A stretch of DNA of 64,000 bases from Armatimonadota bacterium (GTDB lineage Bacteria; Armatimonadota; HRBIN16): contig OY781964.1 of assembly GCA_963677485.1 (NCBI GenBank), forward strand, positions 640,001 through 704,000. Direction: 5' to 3'. Positions 18,027 through 27,209 of this stretch are shown one piece after another. Each line of letters starts with the position of its first letter. Positions within the stretch are counted from its first letter, which is position 1. Below the pieces are notes generated by a model that was not told the DNA's origin, ran no database searches, and saw only the letters and a program-made list of their open reading frames with translations. A program made the translations under genes and the position numbers.

Positions 18027-19578
18027 TGTAGGTGCCTATGAACTGGCGATCACTGCTAGTCTGCAGAGCTTCCAGAAGTCTATGAACGAGATGAAGAAGC
18101 AAGCTGAAGCCAACGGGCGGCTTGCAGAACGCTTGACGTCTATTCGTCCTGACACAAGAAGCATCAGCGAGGCTACCAGGAAGCTGCAGCAGATGCAGAA
18201 CGAGCAGGTTGAGCTTAAAAAGAAGATAGAACTGGCTCTGCAGTCCGGCGAGAAGGAGACCCTCAACGCACTGCGGAGCCAGTCGGCCAGCCTGCGAAAA
18301 GAGATATCCAATCAGGAGAAGGACCTGGCCATCGCCAAGGCTCAGAAGAACCAGAAGCTCGATAAGCTATCAAGTGTCTCCTCAAGCGTGCAAGCCCCTC
18401 TGGCTGCGGCAGTCGGTGCTGGACTATATGAGGCCAGCAAGATGGCTGACCAGGCTGAGAAGCTGATGAACCTTAAGGCGGCCACCGGGTTGACCACACA
18501 GACCCTCCAGGAGCTGCAGTTCGTGGCCTCTCAGAGTGGGTTGGAGTTCGAGCCCCTCATGAAGTCGGTCGAAAAGCTACAGAAGAACCTCGGCAACGGG
18601 GCTATCCAACAGCAGCTCAAAGGTATCGGCGTTTCGGTGCTAGACAGTAACGGCAAGTTCCGGGATATGAACAGTATATTCTCGGAGACCATCGGAGCGC
18701 TTGGTCAGATGCCGGAGGGTATCGAGCGCAACAACCTGGCCACAAAGCTGTTTGGTAAGTCGTCTGCCGAGATGGCCCCTATCATCGCCATGGGTGCCCA
18801 GGGGTTTACCAACCTGGCAACTGAAGCTCACAAAAGCGGGGCGGTGATGAATGACGAAGTGTTGGTCGCGGCTGCTAAGATGGACGAGAAGTTCGATGCG
18901 ATGAACGCGAAGCTGGCTGGTGTGAAGATGAAGTTCGGTGAGCTCGCTTTGTCGATCGCCGATGCCGTGATGCCTGCCCTTGATATGCTCATCGATATCG
19001 CCAAACCCATCATTGGTGTGCTTAGTTCCATGCCCAAACCGATCGCGGCGGGGGTGATCGGGTTCCTGGGTCTGGTGGCCGTCGCCGGGCCGGTGGCGAA
19101 GGGGATCATGGCCATCCGGAGTGCCTTTGACATGATGAGAAACAGTGCGATCATCGCCTGGGCTGCGGCCAACCCCGCTGCGGCTGGTGTGGCGTTGGCT
19201 GCCGTAGGTATCGCGGCTGCCGGGGTGGCCATATATAACAGCACTCACAAGAAAGAGAACTCGGATGTAGATAAGCAGTTGGCTGGTATAGGTGTTAAAT
19301 CCAACCTCGACAAGGTCAGAAAGTCAGCCGAAGCCACCATGAGTATGCCGGATATCCAACCAACAGCCCTGCCGAACTACAATATGCCGGACACATCAAA
19401 ACTATCTACCGCAGCAGCCAGTATCGCCGGAGCTCCACAGAGCATGAAGGCCCTGCAGGCATCCGGATCTCTACCAGGCAGCACTGAGCTTGTGGCTCAC
19501 GTACGTGACATAAAGGAAGCGGTGCTGCGTATCATGCGGGTGGTAGAGGCGAACCGTCTACCGGTGGTGACTGCCTAG
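18019..19578 (+). CDS. Tape measure protein (short, 519 aa)
   Basis: Coiled coil, TGL.T..LQEL, LFGKS..E.API, Ala/Gly-rich hydrophobic C-half. Confidence 0.9.
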   Translation: MPSVGAYELAITASLQSFQKSMNEMKKQAEANGRLAERLTSIRPDTRSISEATRKLQQMQNEQVELKKKIELALQSGEKETLNALRSQSASLRKEISNQEKDLAIAKAQKNQKLDKLSSVSSSVQAPLAAAVGAGLYEASKMADQAEKLMNLKAATGLTTQTLQELQFVASQSGLEFEPLMKSVEKLQKNLGNGAIQQQLKGIGVSVLDSNGKFRDMNSIFSETIGALGQMPEGIERNNLATKLFGKSSAEMAPIIAMGAQGFTNLATEAHKSGAVMNDEVLVAAAKMDEKFDAMNAKLAGVKMKFGELALSIADAVMPALDMLIDIAKPIIGVLSSMPKPIAAGVIGFLGLVAVAGPVAKGIMAIRSAFDMMRNSAIIAWAAANPAAAGVALAAVGIAAAGVAIYNSTHKKENSDVDKQLAGIGVKSNLDKVRKSAEATMSMPDIQPTALPNYNMPDTSKLSTAAASIAGAPQSMKALQASGSLPGSTELVAHVRDIKEAVLRIMRVVEANRLPVVTA

Positions 19579-20450
19579 TGTTTGCCGAGGATATTGCCAG
19601 CCGTAATGTGGAAGTCAGCGGTGACGGTCTCACCGCGCTGCGCAGTTGGACGGTGCTATGGGATGAGATAGAGCCCGATTATGACCCGTATATGCGCGGC
19701 TTTCCGGTCAAGGGTGACGGGTGGCCGGACATGCCTATCTTGCGGATCGTCAACTTGTCACACAGGCAGATCGCGCAAACCGCCGAGGGCATGATAGCCC
19801 GCATCACTGCCCAGTATAGCACCAGCCAGGACCTTAAAGAGAATGCCGAAGAGTGGGTTGAGGAGAACCTGCGAGGCCGTCTTGAGAGCGGCCAGAAGCT
19901 CATTGGCTGGACGTGGGAGACCGCCAGCACCAAGGTGACGCAGGATGTTTCCATGCCAGAATTTAGCGGTGACCTGCAGTTAACCATGCGTCAGGTAGTG
20001 GACCGGTCTGCGATGCTCATGGCCTGTATCGGCTGTATCAATGACCGTGTATTCCGGGGGGTGAATGTCGGTCGGCTGCTGCTTCAGGACGTCTCGCAGG
20101 ACACCAAGTATGACCCGTTCACAGGCGCATTCGAATACAGCAAAGTGATCTTCACCTTCGGGATGCGAAAACGCAACTGGAATGAGGAGTGGCGTGAACC
20201 ACTGCAAGCCAGAACCGCCGCTGGACGCGAGCGGTTCTGGCAAGACAAGGACGCGGGTAAGGATGACTACACCACCGACCAGACATTGATCGGCACGCCA
20301 GTCTACGTGGCTGGCCCTGCTGGTGAGGGGGCGTGGGACACACCGATCGGTCCGGAGACCGTGAAGAAGTACGCAGCGGTGGACATGGCCACGCTGCTTG
20401 GTATACCGGTCAAGGCGGGAGATGATCCGCCTGGCGAGTTGCCAGAATGA
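19578..20450 (+). CDS. Putative tail tip protein
   Basis: Coupled to tape measure gene; no family recognised. Confidence 0.6.
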   Translation: MFAEDIASRNVEVSGDGLTALRSWTVLWDEIEPDYDPYMRGFPVKGDGWPDMPILRIVNLSHRQIAQTAEGMIARITAQYSTSQDLKENAEEWVEENLRGRLESGQKLIGWTWETASTKVTQDVSMPEFSGDLQLTMRQVVDRSAMLMACIGCINDRVFRGVNVGRLLLQDVSQDTKYDPFTGAFEYSKVIFTFGMRKRNWNEEWREPLQARTAAGRERFWQDKDAGKDDYTTDQTLIGTPVYVAGPAGEGAWDTPIGPETVKKYAAVDMATLLGIPVKAGDDPPGELPE

Positions 20451-20896
20451 TAGCCAGCCGTAAACGCCCAGGGGAGCAAGTGACCTGGGCGGACTATAAT
20501 GCGCTGCTCGACATGCTGGAGAGCCTGCTTGTGGTGCCGGGTAACGGCATTCAGGTGAGCCGCAGCCCTCGCGGTCAGATGGTCAGTGCCACCGCCCCAT
20601 CGAGGGGTGGCTCCGGGGTGAGTGTCCCAGAGGCGGACGGACCGATCGTAGAGCTCGGTCATGTTCAGGGAACCAGGGACACCGACACATGGACCGCCAA
20701 CCAGGGGCACGGCGTGCGAGTATTCCTGGCCACCGACATTCAGTATTCCGAGGAGACTGGTAAGTTCGAGTTCAGACCGCGTCCGGCGGAGATTACCGAA
20801 TCAGGACGTTTCCGGTTTATCGGTGCTGAAGATGACCCGGCAGTGTTGATCACCACCACTGAGGAGTGTAAGTCGCAGCCTGAGACGCCAGCATGA
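20447..20896 (+). CDS. Putative tail protein
   Basis: ATGA-coupled; PGEQVTWADYNAL and GNGI.V motifs seen in phage tail proteins. Confidence 0.55.
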   Translation: MIASRKRPGEQVTWADYNALLDMLESLLVVPGNGIQVSRSPRGQMVSATAPSRGGSGVSVPEADGPIVELGHVQGTRDTDTWTANQGHGVRVFLATDIQYSEETGKFEFRPRPAEITESGRFRFIGAEDDPAVLITTTEECKSQPETPA

Positions 20897-23721
20897 TAAA
20901 GATCGATGAACAGACCGTCACCTGGACCATTCAGTTCTACCACGCGGCGAAGATCGAGGTCTACAGGGATAACTTCATGCCGTTCCTGCACTCCCGCATC
21001 ACCGCCAATGGGTCGCTGTCGGCCACCATTCCGCTTTCTGTGGGTGCTTTTTCGGTTGGTGCTATCACGGCGGGAGCATACCCGGATGTGAGCTGGCCAC
21101 ATACTGACCAGTTGCCATTCGACTACACCCTGACCTACCCGAGCGGACAACCAGCACCGGCGGAGTGGGCCACGATGAGCATCCGGTTCGGGCTCCCGGA
21201 GGGTGTCCATACCCAGCCCCACGCAGGCTCGCTGACGTTCAGGGCGCCCTGTGATGTAATGGCGGACATGCTGACCATGGGCGAGGGTGACGGTGCGGGT
21301 TTTGTGGGCTTCCATCACCGGGGCTTTCAGAGGGACACCCCAGACCGCACCAAGTGCAGGCTGTGGCTTCGTCTGCGGGAACTGGCCACCTGGACGCTTG
21401 TCACCAACATCGGCACCTATACCGGCACCTGCGGATCGGTGGGAGCGGATCTACCCAACGAGCTGCACGCCAGTGCGACGGTGACCGCGATCGCAGGCAC
21501 ACAGACCGCCGAGGGGCGGGTGAATATCATCTGCTCGAACGGCAGTTACCGCTGCGACGGTGCATCACCTACCTGGAGTTATAGCGGCGGAACCTGCAGT
21601 GGGGAGCTGGGTGACGGCCACCTTGTGGGCAGAGCCACACCGACCAGCGGTGGCGCAAGTATGACCACAGCCATGGCGGGCGGGTGGCACCTGAGCCGTG
21701 AGGCGTCCATCACCTGTGCGGTGCTCAACCCGTCCGGAGGCGGGATACCTTCGGAGCTTGCGGTCAGTAGACACGGCAACGACACCGCCCTACCCATCGT
21801 CACAGCCACTGACGGCTACTATGAGGAGGGCATCACGCAGCGGATGTGGTTCTGGAGTTTCAACGCTAGCAGCGGGACGGGTAGTTTTTCGGACGGCGGC
21901 ACCTGGTCGAACTGGGGAGATCTGTCGGTCGGGCTGAACCCGGTATGGAGCCTGGCTAACGAATACCACGATCTACCGGAGGATTGGAGCGACTACCTAC
22001 CTTACCGCACCTGGCAGGATAACCGGATGCTGATGCACCTGTGGGCGGTCGATGGCCCGACGCTTTCGCACGCCGCCATGAGCTCGCTTGGCTTAGGCTG
22101 GGCGGAGGGCGGCTATACTCTGGCATCTGGTGCCTGGGTCTCTGGGGGTGCGCTCACCTGCGGGCGCTGGACGGTCATACATGGCAGCCTTGATCCGGAC
22201 GGGTTGGTGGCTCGCATCACGCCGGACACCGGGACGGTGGCCATGACCTTGCGCCGCACGCTGGAGTGGGACACCGAGCAGCTTGGCGAGAACCCAAGCC
22301 GTCCCCCACGGCCCACATTCGCAGGATACCGCTATCTGCGGATATGCTTAAGGCGTGACCGCACACCCCAGCCGCTCGATACAGTAACGGTGCGGATCAA
22401 GCAGGATAACCTGGCCGCACTCTACCCGGACCCCACCACGATGACATGGGAGAACCCGAGCCTGGCGGTGAAGACATGGACCACGAAGGTGAAGGCGGAT
22501 GGCACGATAGAGATAGACCTGGCCAGGCCGGACATCACCGGGCTTGTGTCAGAAGGAGGGAACCCGCCACCGACCGGCAACCATGGCGAGCTCGCGCGGC
22601 CAAACACCCTGAGCCGGTGGCCACAGCCGGTTTTGGACGGCACGCTCAGCGGTGTAACCCTTCCGGAGTGGTTGGAGGTTGAGGTACCGACCACCGACGG
22701 TGACGACTGGATACTGGGCAGCGTGGAGCTGTTTCGAAAGTCGGAGCCGCTAGTGTGGCTGCTCCCCCCACTCAACCAGTGGATTCGCGAGGAGCGGTAT
22801 GACCTGCTCAACGAAGAGGACACCACCCAGCGTAAGCACTGGCGAAGGCGTCTGCTGCTTGGTGTGTGCGATGGTCTGCCGAACTTGGAGGGGTTTGATA
22901 TAGTCCGCACCTCGTCGCACCTGGTCAGCGAGGAGCTCGGCGAATTTGATATCTTCGCCTGGGAGCTTAAAAGCGTGGCCGGTGTGGCGGTGCAGGTGGT
23001 CGAGGAGCATGAGTTTAACCTCTGGCAGTTTGGTGTTCCGGACGTTCCAGTGGGGGTTCTGCGACGCTGGCCAGGTTGGAGCGTGAGCATCCCGACCCCA
23101 GCGGCGGGCAGCGTATATGAGTGGGTGTTGGCTGGCTCCGGCTGCCGGTGGGGTGGCCACGGCGTGATCTGGACCGCCAGCCCACAGGTGCAGTCATGTT
23201 TGGGCCTTGGCGGTACGAAGGTGCAGTCACTGGTGGACGCGATAGACTGGTTCGCAGGGGTGCATGACCCGTTCAACCTGGGTGATGACGACCTGGTGCT
23301 GCGTGTGGCCACGGTGCTGCATGGCAGTGCTATCGGGGCAGGGCTTGCGAATGACACGGTGGAGTTGAAGGCGGGTGAGACGCTGGTGCAGAGTGTGGCC
23401 ACCGGCACCAACGGCGCCCTGCTGGCCATGAACCCGGGCGGTAAGCACTACCTGGACCACTCGCTGTTACGTGACGGCCAGGAGCTGGTGAGTTGGACCG
23501 GTGAGGGCTGTAGTTGGGATTTCCGGCCGTCGCTTACAGCTTCGCAGGTCTACCCGTGTCTTGAGGCTCCGCTCTGGTGGCACAGCCGCGGGCTGCATGT
23601 GGCGCACTGGGCGAAGTGGTTCGGTCCGCTGGTGCTGCGGCGCAACAAGCAGGGTAAGCTGCTCTGCCAGAAGCGCAGCCTACCCGGCGGGGGTAGGTGC
23701 GTCAGGTGCCGTCAGGGGTAG
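20893..23721 (+). CDS. Large hypothetical tail/virion protein (942 aa)
   Basis: ATGA-coupled last gene of late operon; Gly/Thr/Trp-rich. Confidence 0.6.
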   Translation: MIKIDEQTVTWTIQFYHAAKIEVYRDNFMPFLHSRITANGSLSATIPLSVGAFSVGAITAGAYPDVSWPHTDQLPFDYTLTYPSGQPAPAEWATMSIRFGLPEGVHTQPHAGSLTFRAPCDVMADMLTMGEGDGAGFVGFHHRGFQRDTPDRTKCRLWLRLRELATWTLVTNIGTYTGTCGSVGADLPNELHASATVTAIAGTQTAEGRVNIICSNGSYRCDGASPTWSYSGGTCSGELGDGHLVGRATPTSGGASMTTAMAGGWHLSREASITCAVLNPSGGGIPSELAVSRHGNDTALPIVTATDGYYEEGITQRMWFWSFNASSGTGSFSDGGTWSNWGDLSVGLNPVWSLANEYHDLPEDWSDYLPYRTWQDNRMLMHLWAVDGPTLSHAAMSSLGLGWAEGGYTLASGAWVSGGALTCGRWTVIHGSLDPDGLVARITPDTGTVAMTLRRTLEWDTEQLGENPSRPPRPTFAGYRYLRICLRRDRTPQPLDTVTVRIKQDNLAALYPDPTTMTWENPSLAVKTWTTKVKADGTIEIDLARPDITGLVSEGGNPPPTGNHGELARPNTLSRWPQPVLDGTLSGVTLPEWLEVEVPTTDGDDWILGSVELFRKSEPLVWLLPPLNQWIREERYDLLNEEDTTQRKHWRRRLLLGVCDGLPNLEGFDIVRTSSHLVSEELGEFDIFAWELKSVAGVAVQVVEEHEFNLWQFGVPDVPVGVLRRWPGWSVSIPTPAAGSVYEWVLAGSGCRWGGHGVIWTASPQVQSCLGLGGTKVQSLVDAIDWFAGVHDPFNLGDDDLVLRVATVLHGSAIGAGLANDTVELKAGETLVQSVATGTNGALLAMNPGGKHYLDHSLLRDGQELVSWTGEGCSWDFRPSLTASQVYPCLEAPLWWHSRGLHVAHWAKWFGPLVLRRNKQGKLLCQKRSLPGGGRCVRCRQG

Positions 23722-23750
23722 TTGACAAGTAGAACTATATAGGCTATAGT
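23722..23750 (+). promoter_or_regulatory. Near-consensus sigma70 promoter TTGACA-N17-TATAGT
   Basis: TTGACA 23722-27, TATAGT 23745-50. Confidence 0.7.
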
Positions 23751-23756
23751 TTATTC

Positions 23757-23835
23757 AGTGTGCAAGCGTGATACTCCAATCACACGCGTGCTACAGAGGC
23801 CGGTAACTGATATGTCAGTCACCGGCCTCGAGTTG
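23757..23835 (+). ncRNA. Candidate two-hairpin small RNA
   Basis: Follows the promoter; hairpins at 23766-23787 and 23796-23829; no credible + strand gene follows. Confidence 0.35.
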
Positions 23836-23850
23836 ATTTCAGGGGCGGTG

Positions 23851-24372
23851 CTAGGCGAATGAGCGTGATGCACTATTTCCAGTAAGGTTAGATATCATCT
23901 TAGTCAGGGTGGCTATTTCACTTACTATTATTCGCTGTTTAAGTGTCTGCCTTCTTTCTTCTGATGGGTTTTCAATCTTGAATGAAATCCAGACTTTCAC
24001 AAACTCCGTAATGATGTATATTGACCCAAGCGCAGTGACAAGTAATAATGCCCTGGTCATTAGGTCCCCTTTGAGAATCAACCTAGTCAATCTATCCTTG
24101 CCAAGTTTTTCAGTGATGGTAGTGAGAAGCAAGAATGTAAATTGTTTGCTGTTTTTGCATTTTAACATAACGGAGCTGAACTGTTTCATGGCTAAGTCAA
24201 ACTCGCGTTCATCTTTTCCTGTGCTTGCATGACCAAGACCCAGCATACCGACGAACGCCCATTTTTGTAAAATCAACCATAAAGCCACTACTAATTTGAT
24301 CGCCAAAATAGGGATACCTATGATCAATACGAGAGTAGCAATAACTATCATGAACGTAGTGGTTCCTATCAT
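23851..24372 (-). CDS. Hypothetical membrane protein (moron)
   Basis: Hydrophobic segments; AT-rich; coupled to upstream gene. Confidence 0.65.
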   Translation of the reverse strand: MIGTTTFMIVIATLVLIIGIPILAIKLVVALWLILQKWAFVGMLGLGHASTGKDEREFDLAMKQFSSVMLKCKNSKQFTFLLLTTITEKLGKDRLTRLILKGDLMTRALLLVTALGSIYIITEFVKVWISFKIENPSEERRQTLKQRIIVSEIATLTKMISNLTGNSASRSFA

Positions 24373-24770
24373 TTCTGACCTCCCTTGTTCATGGATACAT
24401 TGTTATCCGCTTTTGTTATGATCGCCTTGTTGACTACTGATGAAGCAATATAGATTGCTCCCAGTAATATTATGACTACTATAGTCGAGTAAATACAAAA
24501 CGCGGCCGCTTGTAACGGGGTTAACCTTTTAGCTATAGAGGTCTCTAGTTCAAAGAATTTATCAACAATATGAATAGGAACCTTCATATCATTGGCTAAT
24601 GCTAATGTAATGATGACTGCAGCAGCAACCACTTTGGAAAGGAAATAGAACCCCTGCTTGTATATTTTGACCGTGTTATCTGATTTTACTTTTTCGAGCT
24701 CTGTTTTCGTTAATGGAGTATTTATCGGATGGTATTTGTTTCGCCACTGATCTTCTGTATGCTTAGCCAA
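24369..24770 (-). CDS. Hypothetical 2-TM membrane protein (moron)
   Basis: Two hydrophobic helices; AT-rich. Confidence 0.65.
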   Translation of the reverse strand: MAKHTEDQWRNKYHPINTPLTKTELEKVKSDNTVKIYKQGFYFLSKVVAAAVIITLALANDMKVPIHIVDKFFELETSIAKRLTPLQAAAFCIYSTIVVIILLGAIYIASSVVNKAIITKADNNVSMNKGGQK

Positions 24771-24870
24771 TGTGTATCACCATAGCGTTAATGGCCATAT
24801 CTGTTATACAATCTCCAATCATGATAGTTAGTTACTTGCTATCTGGGGCATCTAGGCACGGCGCACCTGT

Positions 24871-25451
24871 CTATTGCCCACTTCCCCAGCTGCTAGATGG
24901 TTGAGGTTGGGCCGGTTGCTCTACAGGTGCGGGCTGCGGCTGGGCTTGTTGCTGCTGCGCTTCAAGCAGGCGTTGCGCATTCGCGGCCTCTGCTTCGGCT
25001 TCACGTTGGGCTTGTTCGGCATCGGCCAATCCTTTGTTCGTTTGTTCGTCAATCTGCTTTAACGAGTTGGTGATCTGATCCGTCACCTGCCGTATAACTT
25101 TGGCGTCCTCAGTATCCCATGACACCATCTTCCACTTGTTGGCACCCTCACACTTGATGACCATCTCAAAGCGGGTGCGGACAGGCACTCCCATGCCATT
25201 CATCGAATCAACATAACCCTTTACGTAGTAGGTGGTATCTTTGCGGTTTTCAATTTCGACGCCACGTTCGCCCAGTTGGGATATATAGCTGTGGTAGGGC
25301 TGAGCAGCACATCGTTGACCATTACCTGGGTTTGCTTCCAGATGTCTTTGTTTGACACGTTTTTGGTGTTGAACGCGGTGAGACCATTGTAAGTGACGAC
25401 CATGAATACGACCACGATAACGAGGCCGATGATGGGCATGATGAATCTCAT
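24871..25451 (-). pseudogene. Membrane-anchored protein gene with a 1-nt frameshift near 25272
   Basis: N-part MRFIMP..LLSPTTAIYPNW continues in another frame as GERGVEI..YYVKGYVDSMNGMG..RTRF; one extra G rejoins them. Confidence 0.75.
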
Positions 25452-25521
25452 ATTCTCGCTCCGTTAAAGGTGTAGATCGTATCGCCGTTACCTTCGCCAC
25501 GCTGCAGAGGGAATTCTTCTT

Positions 25522-25587
25522 TTACAACCCGTCATTACCGACGCTAGTCGAAACGCCCACGCCGATCACCGAGTTGCCGTCGGCCAT
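25522..25587 (-). pseudogene. Orphan diverged copy of the cI 3' end
   Basis: ADGNSVIGVGVSTSVGNDGL* versus CI AEGCRVLGVACGLTRGKGGL*; gapless, 8/20 aa and about 35/60 nt identical by hand count. Confidence 0.7.
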
Positions 25588-25593
25588 AGTAGC

Positions 25594-26151
25594 TTATGGT
25601 TCAAGTATCTTCTTTTTTGCTATCTCGAACTCATCACGAGTCAAGAAGCCTTGTTGCACCATGTCTACCAGACGTTGAAGCTCATCACCGATATTTGGTT
25701 GGAGAACCGGCTCGGTATCCTGCTGACCGGACACTATACGGCTGGTATTTATTCGTTCGCGAATCATGCTGGCAACTACTGGCATAACTGCTTTATGTGG
25801 TGTTGAAAATGTCAATGCGTTTTCTGATTGTGCCATCTGAATTGATTCGGTACTACTCAATTCCCTACTACCAGGTACTGTTATCTGGATATGACCACCG
25901 AGTAACGATACCCTCAGGTCAACTGATGTTATGTGTTCGAACTGGAATGATTTCAGGGATGCCCCAAATGCACCTCCAGTGGAACCAAAACCGGACTTAA
26001 TGATGATGACCCGTTTATCTGTGACGACCAATGCTTGGCCTGGTAGAGGTTGTAACATCACATCGATTCTCTCATCACCTGGCACATTATCATTGAATGC
26101 CTGTAAAATCTTTCCTGTTAACTTTTCATGGAGTTTTACTTCATTTGCCAT
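25594..26151 (-). CDS. Bacterial PH-domain protein with C-terminal SHOCT domain
   Basis: LVVTDKRVII, ITSVD, ENALTF; DELQRL..MVQQGFLTRDEFEIAKKKIL. Confidence 0.85.
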   Translation of the reverse strand: MANEVKLHEKLTGKILQAFNDNVPGDERIDVMLQPLPGQALVVTDKRVIIIKSGFGSTGGAFGASLKSFQFEHITSVDLRVSLLGGHIQITVPGSRELSSTESIQMAQSENALTFSTPHKAVMPVVASMIRERINTSRIVSGQQDTEPVLQPNIGDELQRLVDMVQQGFLTRDEFEIAKKKILEP

Positions 26152-26188
26152 GATCCATACATCCTTTCGTATTGCATATATACTACCT

Positions 26189-26449
26189 CTACGGGCTGCA
26201 AATGCTGCACGCACAATACCCGTTCTTGATGGCCGATGCTTTGCTGATGACAATTTGGCTCTGTCTTAAGTAACGACCCCCATCCTTGTGGTGGAACACT
26301 CCTGTGCGAGTGATATACACCGTCACCGTCTGCTTCTTCAGCAAGGCTGTTGGTGTATTCATGCTCGTCTGGGCATTGGGACATGGAGTGAACTGAGCAA
26401 TGCTCAGCACCATCACAAGAACGGCGACTAGACGGGTAACGTGTTTCAT
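26189..26449 (-). CDS. Small exported protein with degenerate Ada-like metal-binding motif
   Basis: Signal peptide; VYITRTG..HH...YL..S..I....A...GY.ACSICSP. Confidence 0.75.
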   Translation of the reverse strand: MKHVTRLVAVLVMVLSIAQFTPCPNAQTSMNTPTALLKKQTVTVYITRTGVFHHKDGGRYLRQSQIVISKASAIKNGYCACSICSP

Positions 26450-26592
26450 GACAGCACTCCTCGGAAAAAGATTGTCGGTGAACTACCCAGTGACTTGGAT
26501 TTCACCATTGGACAAGCGGATTCCTTCTATATAATGAACGAAGCGGAATATCCACAATAAATCAGGTTCACATACAGACTGGCGATGAAAAG

Positions 26593-27108
26593 TCAATGGA
26601 AAGCATCTCTACTGATACGATAAAATACGTCCGTACGTCCGTGAAATTCATGTAAGCCAATGCAAGTCATCCCAATATTCTCAAGGGCTTTCATAGAAGC
26701 CTTGTTATCGGGGTTTGCCATACCGTAGATGCAAGTTATGTCAGTAGCTTCAAAAGCTCCACGGATAGCAGCCCTTCCGACTTCAGTTGCGTAGCCATTT
26801 CCCCAAAAAGGTACGCCGAACTGCCACTCCAACTCTGGTTGCTTGGGTAGATATCGGTTAAGGCCTGTAATGCCAACCAATTGCTTAGTTTCTTTAAGAA
26901 TACAGGCTCCATGAAACCAATCAAGCGTTTGGAAGTTACTGTCCAGCATGAATTGTATATATTTTTCTACATGCTCTAGAGACCAAGGATTGTTTCCTGT
27001 GTATGTATGGACTCTACTGTCAGACATTATGTCTAAAAGTGCTGGAATGTCATCTCGAACCCACTGCCTCACAATCAGTCTATCAGTTTCAAAATATCGA
27101 TGCGGCAT
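26593..27108 (-). CDS. GNAT (RimJ/RimL-type) acetyltransferase
   Basis: ETDRLIVR, FWGNGYATE, N.AS.KALE.IGM. Confidence 0.92.
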   Translation of the reverse strand: MPHRYFETDRLIVRQWVRDDIPALLDIMSDSRVHTYTGNNPWSLEHVEKYIQFMLDSNFQTLDWFHGACILKETKQLVGITGLNRYLPKQPELEWQFGVPFWGNGYATEVGRAAIRGAFEATDITCIYGMANPDNKASMKALENIGMTCIGLHEFHGRTDVFYRISRDAFH

Positions 27109-27209
27109 GGCAGTAACCTTCTCTCTGTCTAAAGACGATCTTCTAAGGTTCGGCTTCAAAACAGGCATTCCTCATGTCCGAAACTACTCAGTACCAGCCC
27201 ACCGCCACC

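Noticed and set aside
22422-23429. 335-aa antisense ORF and similar shadow ORFs (991..1782, 44423..45316, 45481..46098)
   Set aside because: They lie opposite well-supported genes in GC-rich DNA and have no motifs.
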